A stretch of 64,000 nucleotides of DNA from Heterodontus francisci (taxonomy: Eukaryota): assembly GCF_036365525.1 (NCBI RefSeq), contig NC_090418.1:5433492-5497491 (forward strand). The letters run 5' to 3'. Shown piece after piece: positions 38,880 to 49,724 of this stretch; position 1 is the stretch's first letter; every line of letters begins with the position of its first letter. The notes under the pieces were generated by a model. The model did not search any database. It was given only the letters and a program-made list of their open reading frames with translations, and was not told the origin of the DNA. Both the position numbers and the translations under genes were made by a program.

Positions 38880-39846
38880 CTGCGAAAGAGATCAGAAGAA
38901 AACAGTAGCTCTCAATGGAATGGCTGGACAGACCCGTGATTTCCCACAATGTTAAATCTCCAACTCAGGTTTGACAGCAGCTCAGGGAGCTGAGCACGAA
39001 ATCTAGGCTGGCACTCCTCATTGCAGTTACTGAGGGGGTGCTGCACGGTCAGAGAAGGCTCTCGTTCAGATGAGGCATTAAAACAAGGCCCCGCCTGCAC
39101 TCTCAGGTGGATGTAAAAGATCCCGCCGCCATTATTTCGAAGAAGAGCAGTTCAGTTTTCCCCAGTTTCCTGGATCAATATTTATCTCTCAATCAACACC
39201 AGTAAAACAGATAAACTGGACATTGTCTCATAGCCGTTTGTGGGACTTTGCTGTGTGCAAATTGGCTGCCACGTTTCCTAGGCAGATCAGCCGCAATCTT
39301 ATTGAATGACAAGAGCAGGATTGAGGGGCCGTGTAGCCTATTCCAGCTCTTATTTCTTATGTTCCTCTTTTCAAAATTACTATACAGGGTCATTTGAGAC
39401 CTCAGAGGGTGGTTGACCCTGCCCTTTTGCCAGTCACCCCAGGCCCAGGGTTACGAGCCATGGCCCACGGCAGAACTAATGAATTTTCGGTGGTGATGGT
39501 GTAAAAGCTGGAACCTTGAGGGACAGCAGCTGCTTACAGACGGAGGATCCTTTGGGAAGAGGACCTGTGTTTCCTTTAAAGCACGCATGAGGAGGGCAAC
39601 AGGAAACCATCTCATGTACCTTTTCCCTAGTCATATTGCTCATTCTTCATGGAAGTTACAAAATGGGCAGCTCTTACGGGCAACTGAAGAGCAGAGCGCA
39701 GGACCGTGAGGTGCGGAGAAATGAGCCCTTGGGCAGATCACCACTATTACTGTTACACTGACTACAATTCAAACAAGAAAGTACTTCATTGGCTGTAAGA
39801 TGCTTTGGGAATGTCTGAGGTCATGATAGGAGCTATACAAATGCAA

Positions 39847-39991
39847 TAATATCAGTTGTGATGAAGGGTCACTGACCTGAAACGTTACCTCTGCTTCTCT
39901 CTTCACAGATGCTGCCAGACCTGCTGAGTATTTCCAGCATTTGTTTTTATCTCAGACTTCCAGCATCTGCAGTATTTTGCTTTTATTATAT
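39847..39991 (+). mobile_element. Short Penelope 3'-end derivative with a degenerate hammerhead motif
   Basis: gtgatgaagggtcactgacctgaaacgtt..cacagatgctgccagacctgctgag matches 25595-25725. Flanked by an aaatgcaa duplication. Confidence 0.8.
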
Positions 39992-40031
39992 AAATGCAAC
40001 TTCTTTCTGTCTCCCTTCCCACTCCCCTTAC

Positions 40032-40100
40032 CTGCAGGGATCCCAGCACCACCATATCTCCGAGAAACTCTTGAAGTTTCTTCACTTCCTTCGTTTTGTC
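40032..40100 (-). CDS. Uncharacterised ~283-aa protein, exon 2
   Basis: tttctag acceptor, CAG|gtaagg donor, phase 0/0. DKTKEVKKLQEFLGDMVVLGSLQ. Confidence 0.82.
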
Positions 40101-40797
40101 CTAGAAACACAGCACAGAAATCTAATTAGTAGGATTTGGGAGTACAGAAGCAGGCAGTAGAGCAAGGACTGGCCAGACAAGTACTGGCCATCCACCACAT
40201 GGCTCAGAGGTAACGAATCTATTTCTAAGCCACACAGAGCAAGGTGGTGTAATCTCCTATTGTGGGCTAGTTCAGCTGGGTGCAGTTATGAGCATTAAAA
40301 TAGGCTTCATTCAGGCTGCCTTGCCCAACAAGGGGAAAAATCAGTCTGGAATGGCTATTGAATAATGACTGCTGAAATGGTGCCCGTGTGTTTTCAGATG
40401 AGATGTCAAACCAAGGCTCATCTGCCCTCTCGTGGATGTAAAAGATCCGATATTTAAGGAGAACAGCAGGGGAGCTCTCCCTGGCATCTGGCCCAACATT
40501 TATCCCTCAACCAACATCAATCCCTCAACCAAATTCACGAAATGAGATGATCTAGTTATTTATTTCATTGCTGTTTGTGGGAGCTTGTTGTGCGCCAAGT
40601 GGCTGCTGCGTTTGCGATATAACAATGATTACACTTCGAAAAGAACTTCATTGGCTGTAAGGCACTTCGGGTCATCCTGAGGCTGGGAGAGGCGCTATGG
40701 GAATGCAGTACGTTTGGGCAGAAAACAAGAGAGAATAATAGACGTTAAAACATCAGTGGCAAAGACAGCGTCACTGCAATCATAAAAGGTGACTTAC

Positions 40798-40815
40798 CTC
40801 TGTTGTTGAACTCAT
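40798..40815 (-). CDS. Uncharacterised ~283-aa protein, probable first coding exon (MSSTTE)
   Basis: AACATGAG start, GAG|gtaagt donor (phase 0), pyrimidine-tract acceptor at 40827. The frame stays open upstream within the exon, so a longer N-terminus cannot be excluded. Confidence 0.62.
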
Positions 40816-41004
40816 GTTAATCGTTCCTGCATATGGGAGGTGGTAGAAAAATGTAACTATAGGGAGGAAAAATAAAATATTTCAGTTTGGAAGAGCAGAA
40901 TTAAAGACCGAAAACATTTTCTTAGGATTTTTAAAAATGTTAGCTTCATTTTTTTCTATTACAATTTGCCCAAAATTGATAATTATTTTGACTCGTTCCC
41001 AATT

Positions 41005-41280
41005 TTTGCCTATAGCAACTGTAGCAAATTTTATTGTCTCAGCAGCAAATCTCTGCAATGTGATTGTAAAACCTGATTTCTAATATTGTGAATGCATCAA
41101 CTGGACCTTTTATCTGCAGGGTTTATTCTGTGTAAATAAAGAGAATTTGCTGCATTAGGAAGTACCAGGGGAAAGGATGGAGAGTTTCCCTGAGCAACTG
41201 GGCCCCGTCTCCCCTAGCAACCAGATCCAGGCGCGCTGAGGAGGACCACACCGACGAGTGCTGAACGCTGTGCAAGATGG
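41005..41280. promoter_or_regulatory. Putative promoter of the uncharacterised gene with clustered RFX X-boxes
   Basis: GTTTCCCTGAGCAAC (41184-41198), GTCTCCCCTAGCAAC (41207-41221), TTTGCCTATAGCAAC (41005-41019); local CpG enrichment at 41200-41290. Confidence 0.55.
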
Positions 41281-43229
41281 TCCTTTCGATTAATATTAGT
41301 TTTTTTAAAAAACAAACGTAAGTCAGGGAGTTTATCTTCCTCTTGTAGATCTATATTTAACAATTGTTCTTTGTTAATGCTCGATCTTGATGACACAACC
41401 GTTGAAATAAAAGTGCTGCAGCTTTGGCGCCACAGCGCCCCCCTGTGTTGGGAGGACCTCATTGCAGCTTCTGCCCCACTTGCCCCAGAGGGTGGCATTT
41501 TGAGGGGCTTTTGGGTGTTTGGCAACCTGGTTGTGCCAAGCCCCAAGGCTTTGGCCAGATTTCCTGCCCGACACACAGCCACTTCCCGAACAGAGGATGC
41601 CGGAAATGCTCAGCAGGTTCAGGCAGCATCTGCGGAGAGAGGGACAAGGGTTAACATTATCAGGTCGATGACCCTTCAGCAGACTCATTGTTCCTTGACT
41701 TGTCCCATTGCCGCCCACCTATTGCCTCGCACCATCATCTATCTTGTCATTTAATCACGACTGCCTCCCATCCCATTGCAGACCGAACCGAAACATATGA
41801 AATCCTTAAGGGGCTTGGTAGGGTAGATGCTGAGAAAATGTTCCCCCTGGCTGGAGAACACGGAGTCACACTCTCAGAATAAGGGATCAGCGATTTAGGA
41901 CTGAGATGAGGGGAAATTTTTTTTCTTAAAAGGGTGGTAAATCTTTGGAACTCTCTACCCGAGAGGTGTGGATGCTCAGTAGTTGAGTATATTCAAGAGG
42001 GAGATCGATGGAGTTTTGGATACTAAGGGAATTAAGGGATATGGGAAATGTACAATTAGGTGGAGATTAGGTAAAAAAATCAGCCACAATCTTGTTGAAA
42101 GGTAGAGCAGGCACGACAGGCTGAATGGCTTACTCCAGCTCCTATTTTTTGTGACCTTTCCTCCCCTTGTTCCCTGCCTGTTTAAAAACTGTTAATTCTC
42201 TAATTTCTGCCAGTTCTCTCTCCACAGATGCTGCCAGACCTGCTGAGTGTTTCCAGCATTTTCTGTTTTTAATTGTGGAAGGTTATGCTGATAGGGTGAG
42301 TTGAAGAGGGCCGGTTGGAGGCTCGTGTGGAGCAAAAACACCGGCATGGTCCATTTGGGCCGAATGGCCTGTTTCTGTGCTGTTGCATTCCATATAACTC
42401 TATATAAAACATTGCGGACACTAAATCTGAGAACAAAAGCAGAAAATGTTGGAAAACCTCAGCAGGTCTGACAGCACCTGTGGAGAGAGAAACAGAGATA
42501 GTGTTTCAGATTGATCACCTCTGTAGTGCTGCTGAAAGGTCATCCACCTGAAATATTAGCTGTGTCTTTCGCTCCACAGATGATGCCTGACCTCCTGAAC
42601 GCTTCCAGCTTTTTCTCTTTTTATTTTACATTTTGTTCTTTCTTGAAGCTGCTGGGGTACAAAGTGCAGGGTCAATTCCTGTGGGAGCTTCAACCTTTTC
42701 AGCAGCACAACACGAGGGAGATGTCATGTTCTGAGGCTGGTACAATCCGTGTCTCATGTTCACCAATACAGACTTTTCCAGCACAGAATCATTACCAGGT
42801 GCAAGAAACCTTGTTGATTCTTCCTCACTAATAGCAGCTCACCAGAACTGCATTTATATAGAACCTTTAAGGTAGTAAAAGAACAGCAGCGTGATCAGAC
42901 AAAATTTGACACCAAGCCATACAAGTAAAAAGACTTGCTTTCTAAAATGTATAAGCAACTTCAGGACATCCCAAAGCACTTTACAGCCAAGCAAGTACTT
43001 TTGAAGTGTTGTAATGTAGGAAGTGTGGCAGCTCATTTGGGCACAGCAAGATCCCACAAACAGCAATGTGATCACCTGTTTTTGTAAAATTGGTTGAAGG
43101 ATAAATTTTGGTCCAGGACACAGCAGAGAACTTCCCTGTTATTCTTTGGAACAGTGGCTGAGAGATCTTTTACATTCACCAAAGAGGGCAGATGGGGCCT
43201 TGGTTAAGGGCTCATCCAAAAGATGACAC

Positions 43230-43920
43230 TTCCGACAGTGCAGCACTCCCTCACTACTGACCCTCCGACAGTGCAGCACTCCCTCAGTACTGATCCTCTG
43301 ACAGTGCAGCACTCCCTCACCACTAACCCTCCGACAGTGCAGCGCTCCCTTGGTACTGACCCTCCGACAGTGCAGCACTCCCTCGGTACTGACCCTCCGA
43401 CAGTGCAGCACTCCCTCGGTACTGACCCTCCGACAGTGCAGCGCTCCCTTGGTACTGACCCTCCGACAGTGCAGCACTCCCTCGGTACTGATCCTCCGAC
43501 AGTGCAGCGCTCCCTTGGTACTGACCCTCCGACAGTGCAGCACTCCCTCGGTACTGACCCTCCGACAGTGCAGCGCTCCCTTGGTACTGACCCTCCGACA
43601 GTGTAGCACTCCCTCGGTACTGATCCTCCGACAGTGCAGCGCTCCCTTGGTACTGACCCTCCGACAGTGCAGCACTCCCTCGGTACTGACCCTCCGACAG
43701 TGCAGCGCTCCCTTGGTACTGACCCTCCGACAGTGCAGCACTCCCTCGGTACTGACCCTCCGACAGTGCAGCGCTCCCTTGGTACTGACCCTCCGACAGT
43801 GCAGCGCTCCCTTGGTACTGACCCTCCGACAGTGCAGCGCTCCCTCGGTACTGATCCTCCGACAGTGTAGCGCTCCCTCAGTACTGCCCCTCGCACAGTG
43901 CAGCACCCCCTCAGTACTGA
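43230..43920 (-). repeat. 33-bp tandem array (~21 units) amplified inside a Deu-type SINE spanning ~42950-43990
   Basis: Unit ccctccgacagtgcagcactccctcggtactga; intact SINE body and head on either side. Confidence 0.92.
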
Positions 43921-44389
43921 CCCAGGAGTGTTGGCCTGGATTTTGCGCTCAAGTGGCTGGAGTGGGACTTAACCCCACCACCTTCTGACATTCTAGAATG
44001 GGTCTGAGAATCCCACCTGGGAATTATTAGCAAGTTGTGTTGTAGCTTTCTTGGGGCACATACTGGGCTACCTGGGGTAAATCTACAGCTAAGAAAAAAG
44101 TGAGACTTTCAAAAAAGAATAGACAATAATTGTTAGTCACCTAGTTCATCACCATTTTATAACAGTCTATAAAAATGTGGCTGTCCAGTATCTGCCCTAA
44201 TGTCACCATTTGCCATTTTGCAACTCTGTCTGCCACCCACCACTGTCCCACTCTACATGGAAGTATAGTATTCCAGATTTACCCATTTTATACCAGTGTC
44301 TGCTCAATGCACACGGGCCTCCTCCCACTCTCTTCATCTCACCCCATCAGCATAACCTTCTATTCCTTTTGACCTCATATTTAACTTCA

Positions 44390-44830
44390 GTTATGTGGAT
44401 AGATTGGAGAAACTGGGACTGTTCTCCTTCCGGAGAGGAATAAAGAGATCAAATCATATTCAAAATCATGAGGGGTCTGGACAGAGTAGGTAGGGAGTTA
44501 CTGTTCCCATTGGCGGAAGGATCCAGAAACAATGAACACCGATTTTAAGGTAATTGGCAAAAGAACCAAAAGCGACATGAGGAAACACTTTTTTTTTAAT
44601 ACACAGAGTGTGGTTAGGATCTGGAATGCACTGCCTGAGTGTGTGGTGGAGGCAGATTCAATTGTGGCTTTCAGAAGAGAATTGGGTAATTATCTCAAGA
44701 GCAAAAGATTTGCAAGGCTGCAGGGAAAAGGGGTGGGTGTGGGACGAGGTGAGTTGCTCTTGTAGAGAACCAGCATGGACATGATGGGCCAAACGGCCTC
44801 CTTCTGTGCTGTAACCATTCTATGATTGTG
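44390..44830 (+). mobile_element. CR1 LINE 3' fragment; similar fragments at ~12430-12725(-), 21490-21860(+), 32100-32500(-), 41790-42150(+), 45350-45710(+), 50660-51060(-)
   Basis: Encodes degenerate ..FF.TQSVVRIWNALPECVVEADS..F.REL motif plus a CR1 3' tail. Confidence 0.8.
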
Positions 44831-46226
44831 TGTGTTTAATCCAGCTTCTGCTTAAATACATCTGTACGATTCACCTCAAAACACTCTGTGGTGAGTTCCA
44901 CCTTCTCTGCACTCTCCAGGTAAAAGAGATAGCTCTTGGATTTCCAATTGGATTTATTGGTGACTACCTTTTATTCATGGCCCCTAACATCTGTTAGCAA
45001 TAACAACGCTGTTTAGGTCTACACCAGGAGAGGAGGATTGCCAACTCCGATTGGATGTATCCCAGGAGGCATTGTCACATGGCCTCCTCACCTCCAAATG
45101 CCATTGGTCACCCAACAGAACTATCCACACAACACATCACCATCCCGCAGCCAATCAGAACGCCAACAGACTCTTCATTAACCCGATTGGATGATTTTTG
45201 ACTGCCAGTCAAACAGCCCTTTTCTCCCCCATTTCCAACAATTGCATAACTAATAAACAAAACTGTTTTTTAAAAAAAGTATTTTTAAAATTTTCTTAGA
45301 AGTACCCAAATAACTTTCTTCTTGGGGTGGCTGGAGAGATAGAAGGGGCCCATATTTCCCCAAATTTAGAAGACTAAGAGGTGATCTGACTGAAACAGAC
45401 AAAATTCTCAAGCAGGTTTGTCAGGGTAGATGCTGAGAGGCTGTTTTCCTCTGGCTGGAGAATCCAGCACACAGGGTCACGCTCTCAGGATTGGCCATTT
45501 AAGACTGAAATGAGGAGAAATGCTATCACTCAGAGGGTTGGAATTCTCTACTCCAGAGAGCTGTGGATGCTCAGTCGTTGAGTATACTCAAGACTGAGAT
45601 TGATAGAATTTTGGATACTAAGGGATATTGGGATAGTGCGGGAAGGCGCAGATGAGGTCAAAGATCAGTTGCGATTGTACTGAATGGCCTTCTCCTATTT
45701 CTCATGTTCCTTGAGACGCCAGGACAATTGTGCCATGGTTGTAGCGCGAGCTGGCAAACCTGCAGCTCCCACTTACTGCTCCCGGGCTAATTCAACACAA
45801 AATAGCCGCCCGCAAACTTACAGCACATAGACACACTCGGGAGGATAGAAGCACAAAGTTGGCCCCAAGGGGGAACACACCAGTTTGGACAAATACACTT
45901 CCCCTTTAAATGCCTTTGGCCAGTTTTATTTTATAAATTAAAAAGGGGCAACTAGCAGAAACAGTTCTCTCATTCAAAATCAATAACAACTTGCTTCATT
46001 CCACCAACCATTGTTAGTCCATAGTTATAGCTGAGAACATAAGGTGGTGAAAGTGGGAGAAACAAACATTCTTCTGGAGTCAGAAAGACAGTGGAAATTC
46101 AGCACGCAGTAGATGTGACAGTGCAGATTCTGTTTGGGACTCTCGGTCGAAGCAATGCAGTTTCTCACGCTTGTTTATTTAGCGTTTCTAAACTGCCGTG
46201 GCCGTTAATCGGGCCAGGACCCGCAT

Positions 46227-46355
46227 TCAGCCCGCTCGGGCAGAGAAGAAAGGCAGGCCACGGACAAAACTGTCTAGTTTGGTTCGGAACAGTTCGCTCT
46301 GAATGGGCTCATTCATACTGCACAGGGGGTTCTTCACCACAAGCTCGACAAAGAT
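46227..46355 (-). CDS. TRAPPC1: Trafficking protein particle complex subunit 1, terminal coding exon
   Basis: IFVELVVKNPLCSMNEPIQSELFRTKLDSFVRGLPFFSARAG*. AATAAA at 46174-46179(-). The four exons sum to 438 nt = 145 aa, the known TRAPPC1 length. Confidence 0.96.
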   Translation of the reverse strand: MFVELVVKNPLCSMNEPIQSELFRTKLDSFVRGLPFFSARAG

Positions 46356-47797
46356 CTGAGAGATAAGAAAAGACAATTAGATTCCAGCCTGTAACTCACT
46401 CCTGGGTATGTTATTTTATACATAAACCACCCCTTAAACCCTTCGATTAGTTTGCAGCCTGTAACTCACACTGTGGTTTGCAACCCTCCCTGTAAAAGAA
46501 AACCAGAAAACAAGGACTTTGAACATGAATGGCAATTTCATGATTGCAAATCCAATTTTCAAAGCCGGGGCAGACAGAGGTTTGTCACTGTGGTGCTCAG
46601 GACCACACGTTCACAGGGCCCTTTGCAACAGTTTATTTCCCCACCAGTAGTAGCTGCTCTCCAGCACCTCCAAGTGGCGAGCCCAGAGAGTGTGCATCAG
46701 CTGGCTGTTTGACCAGGGCGGGCATCACATTCGCTTCTGATCCTGCCCTCATTGGACATTCTCCTGTCTAATCGAGGGGTCAGTCTTGACCAGGGCGGTC
46801 CCGAGTACAAGTAATGGCCTGAGATAGGTTAACTGTTGGGCTGATATTGGGCTCACTGTCACAAAACGAGAGATTCAGCTTTGAGAGGTGTTGCGGGGCG
46901 GGATGGAAATACAGCCAGGTTTCCCGATCACTGTTCAGCAACCCACCCGATGGAAGTAAGCACGTGCCGTTATTGGGCGAGGTCAGATTGGACTCGGGTC
47001 TGGAATCACATGTAGGCCAGACCAAGTAAGGATGGCAGATTACCTTCCTTAAAGTGAACCAGATGGACTTTTACAATAATCGATAATAGTTTTGCCTCGC
47101 CATTACTGAGACTAGCTTTCAATTACAGATTTTAATTAATGAATTGAATTTAAATTCCACCAACTACTGCGGCGGGATTTGAACCCATGTGCCCATTAGC
47201 CTGAGTTCTAGATTACTAGTCCAGTGACATTACCCCAATGCCACTGTCTTCCCCGATGTAGGAGACATGGCAGCCAATTTGCACATAGCAAGCTGCCACA
47301 AACAGAAAAGTGATAATGGCCAGATCATCTGTTTCAGTGATGTTGCCTAAGGGGCAAACGTTGGACAGGATCCTGGGAAAACTCCCCCGTTCCTCTTCCA
47401 ACAGCGGCCACGGGGTCTTTTACGCCCATCCGAGGAATCCCTGGTCTAACGTCTCAACCGAAAGACAGCATCTCCGAGTTCCAATGAAAGGTCACTGAGC
47501 TGAAACGTTATCGCTACTTCTGTCTCCACAGATGCTGCCAGACCTGCCCAGTATTTCTTGTTTTTATGTCTGACGGTGCAGCCCAGGATTATGTGCTCAA
47601 GTCTTTTGGAGTGGCGTTTGTACCACAACCCCCTGACTCAGGTGAGAGGGCACTACCCACTGACCCATGGCTGACACCGGTGGTAAAGGAGACCAGCGAT
47701 GGCCGATGGAATATCACTGTGGGAACAGCGGGTTTCAGTGATAGGGAGGAGCGAGGCGGTCGAGGAACTTGTGGATGAGGATTTCAGAAGAACTCAC

Positions 47798-47936
47798 TGT
47801 ACTGTAGATCTGACTGAGAACGTCTCTGATGTTTCCGACCCCTAGGTCTGTGTTCATGACAATTTTAATGCCAGTTGCCGTCTCGTAATAATGCAGTTTG
47901 TATTTGCTTGTCTGAAAGGACAGGAAACCATCTCTA
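47798..47936 (-). CDS. TRAPPC1: Trafficking protein particle complex subunit 1, coding exon 3
   Basis: RDGFLSFQTSKYKLHYYETATGIKIVMNTDLGVGNIRDVLSQIYST; 139 nt; gtgagt donor. Confidence 0.96.
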
Positions 47937-49653
47937 CTGTTTGAATATGTTAAAGAGAAGAACTTGCATTTTTATAGCGCTTTCACATCCACAGGATGTC
48001 CCAAAGCACGTCACAGCCAATAAGGTGCTCTTTGAAGTGTAGACACTGTTGTAATGTAGGAAATCCGCAGCAAAATGGTGCACAGCAAGCTCCCCCAAAC
48101 AGCGACACGCAAATGGTCAGATAATTTTTTTTATGTTGTAGTTGAGGGATAAATGCTACACAGGACACGGGGAGAACTCCTCTGTTCTTCCTTGGATTTT
48201 CTCCACCCACCTGAGGGGACAGACAGGGCCTCCGTTTAACATCTCATCTGAAATTCGGCACCTCCAACAGTGCAGCACTCCCTCAGTACTGGCACTGGTG
48301 TGTCAGCCTTGAACATGTGCGCAAGTCTTTGGAGTGGGACTTGAACCCAGGACCTTTTGACTCAGCAGAGAGAGACAGAGCGCTACCCACTGAGCCAAGG
48401 CTGACACTTGGAGACACGTTGAGGAACCGAACAGCAGATACACAGGAGAAAGAAACAGGAGACTGCAAGAGCTGAGAGGTACTTGCCGCAGTAACGCAGT
48501 ATCACCCGCCCCAGCCCCTGCAGCTGTTCCAGCAACAAACTAAGCCAGCACCGCACCCTTATATTGCTAATGGAGAGCAACATCTGTAGCAAATCTCTCC
48601 ATTTGATGGGAGCTTTCCTCTGTATCAAACCTTTTTTTTTCTAAATTGCAGCCTTCCTTGATGGTTCAATCCACTCTGCGTTCACCTCTCTCCAGTTACT
48701 GCAGTCTCCACTCTGCATTCACCTCTCTCCACTGTGCAGTTGCAGCAGCACAGGTGCAGCTGCTCCCCCTGATTGCAGGCGGGAAGTGCTCCAATTGCCC
48801 AGCCAATCCCAGTGCTGTACCTGTCCTGGGAGCATTTGATGGGGACAGTGTAGAGGGAGCTTTACTCTGTATCTAACCCTGTGCTGTACCTGTCCTGAGA
48901 GTGTTTGATGGGGACAGTGTAGAGGGAGCTTTACTCTGTATCTAACCCTGTGCTGTACCTGTCCTGGGAGTGTTTGATGGGGACAGTGTAGAGGGAGCTT
49001 TACTCTGTATCTAACCCCGTGTTGTACCTGTCCTGGGAGTGTTTGATGGGGACAGTGTAGAGGGAGCTTTACTCTGTATCTAACCCCGTACTGTACCTGT
49101 CCTGGGAGTGTTTGATGGGGACAGTGTAGAGGGAGCTTTACTCTGTATCTAACCCTGTGCTGTACCTGTCCTGAGAGTGTTTGATGGGGACAGTGTAGAG
49201 GGAGCTTTACTCTGTATCTAACCCTGTGCTGTACCTGTCCTGGGAGTGTTGATGGGACAGTGTAGAGGGAGCTTTACTCTGTATCTAACCCCGTTTTTTT
49301 TTTTAAATGTCACACTGATTCAATAAAGGGCACTCTTCTGAGCTTGAGGGTAAAACATATTAGGGCAACAAAGAGGGAGCTTTACTCCGTATCTAACCCC
49401 ATTTTCTTTTTTTTTAAATAATACAATGGGCCCTGTCTTTGCTCTGTATCTAACCCCATTTTTATTTTTTGTGCTGTACCTCTCCTGGGAGTGTTTGATG
49501 GGACAGTGTAGAAGGATCTTTACTCTGTATCCTACCCAGTCATGTACCTGCCCTGACATTGACAGCAACAAGCGGAAACGTTTCAAGCGTGTAGCATGTC
49601 AAACTATCGGACATGCAGGCAGGTTTGCTACAGGACGTGGCAGCAAAGGATAC
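47937..49653 (-). other. U12-type (minor spliceosome) GT-AG intron of TRAPPC1
   Basis: 5' site GTATCCTTTG (49653-49644). Branch site TCTTTAAC (47956-47949) about 13 nt from the CAG, with no polypyrimidine tract. Confidence 0.88.
48812..49293. repeat. 69-bp tandem repeat, ~7 copies (partial copies to ~49555)
   Basis: gtgctgtacctgtcctgggagtgtttgatggggacagtgtagagggagctttactctgtatctaaccct starts at 48812, 48881, 48950, and so on. Confidence 0.93.
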
Positions 49654-49724
49654 AAATCAACAGGAGACATCTTGTTGACAAAAGATCGGATGGAGAACAG
49701 CATTCCGTACATCAGCTGATATTC
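49654..49724 (-). CDS. TRAPPC1: Trafficking protein particle complex subunit 1, coding exon 2
   Basis: EYQLMYGMLFSIRSFVNKMSPVD; 71 nt; ctccag acceptor. Confidence 0.96.

Noticed and set aside
43139-43988. Cys/His-periodic ORFs resembling zinc-finger repeats
   Set aside because: The 11-aa periodicity comes from the 33-bp SINE-derived array.
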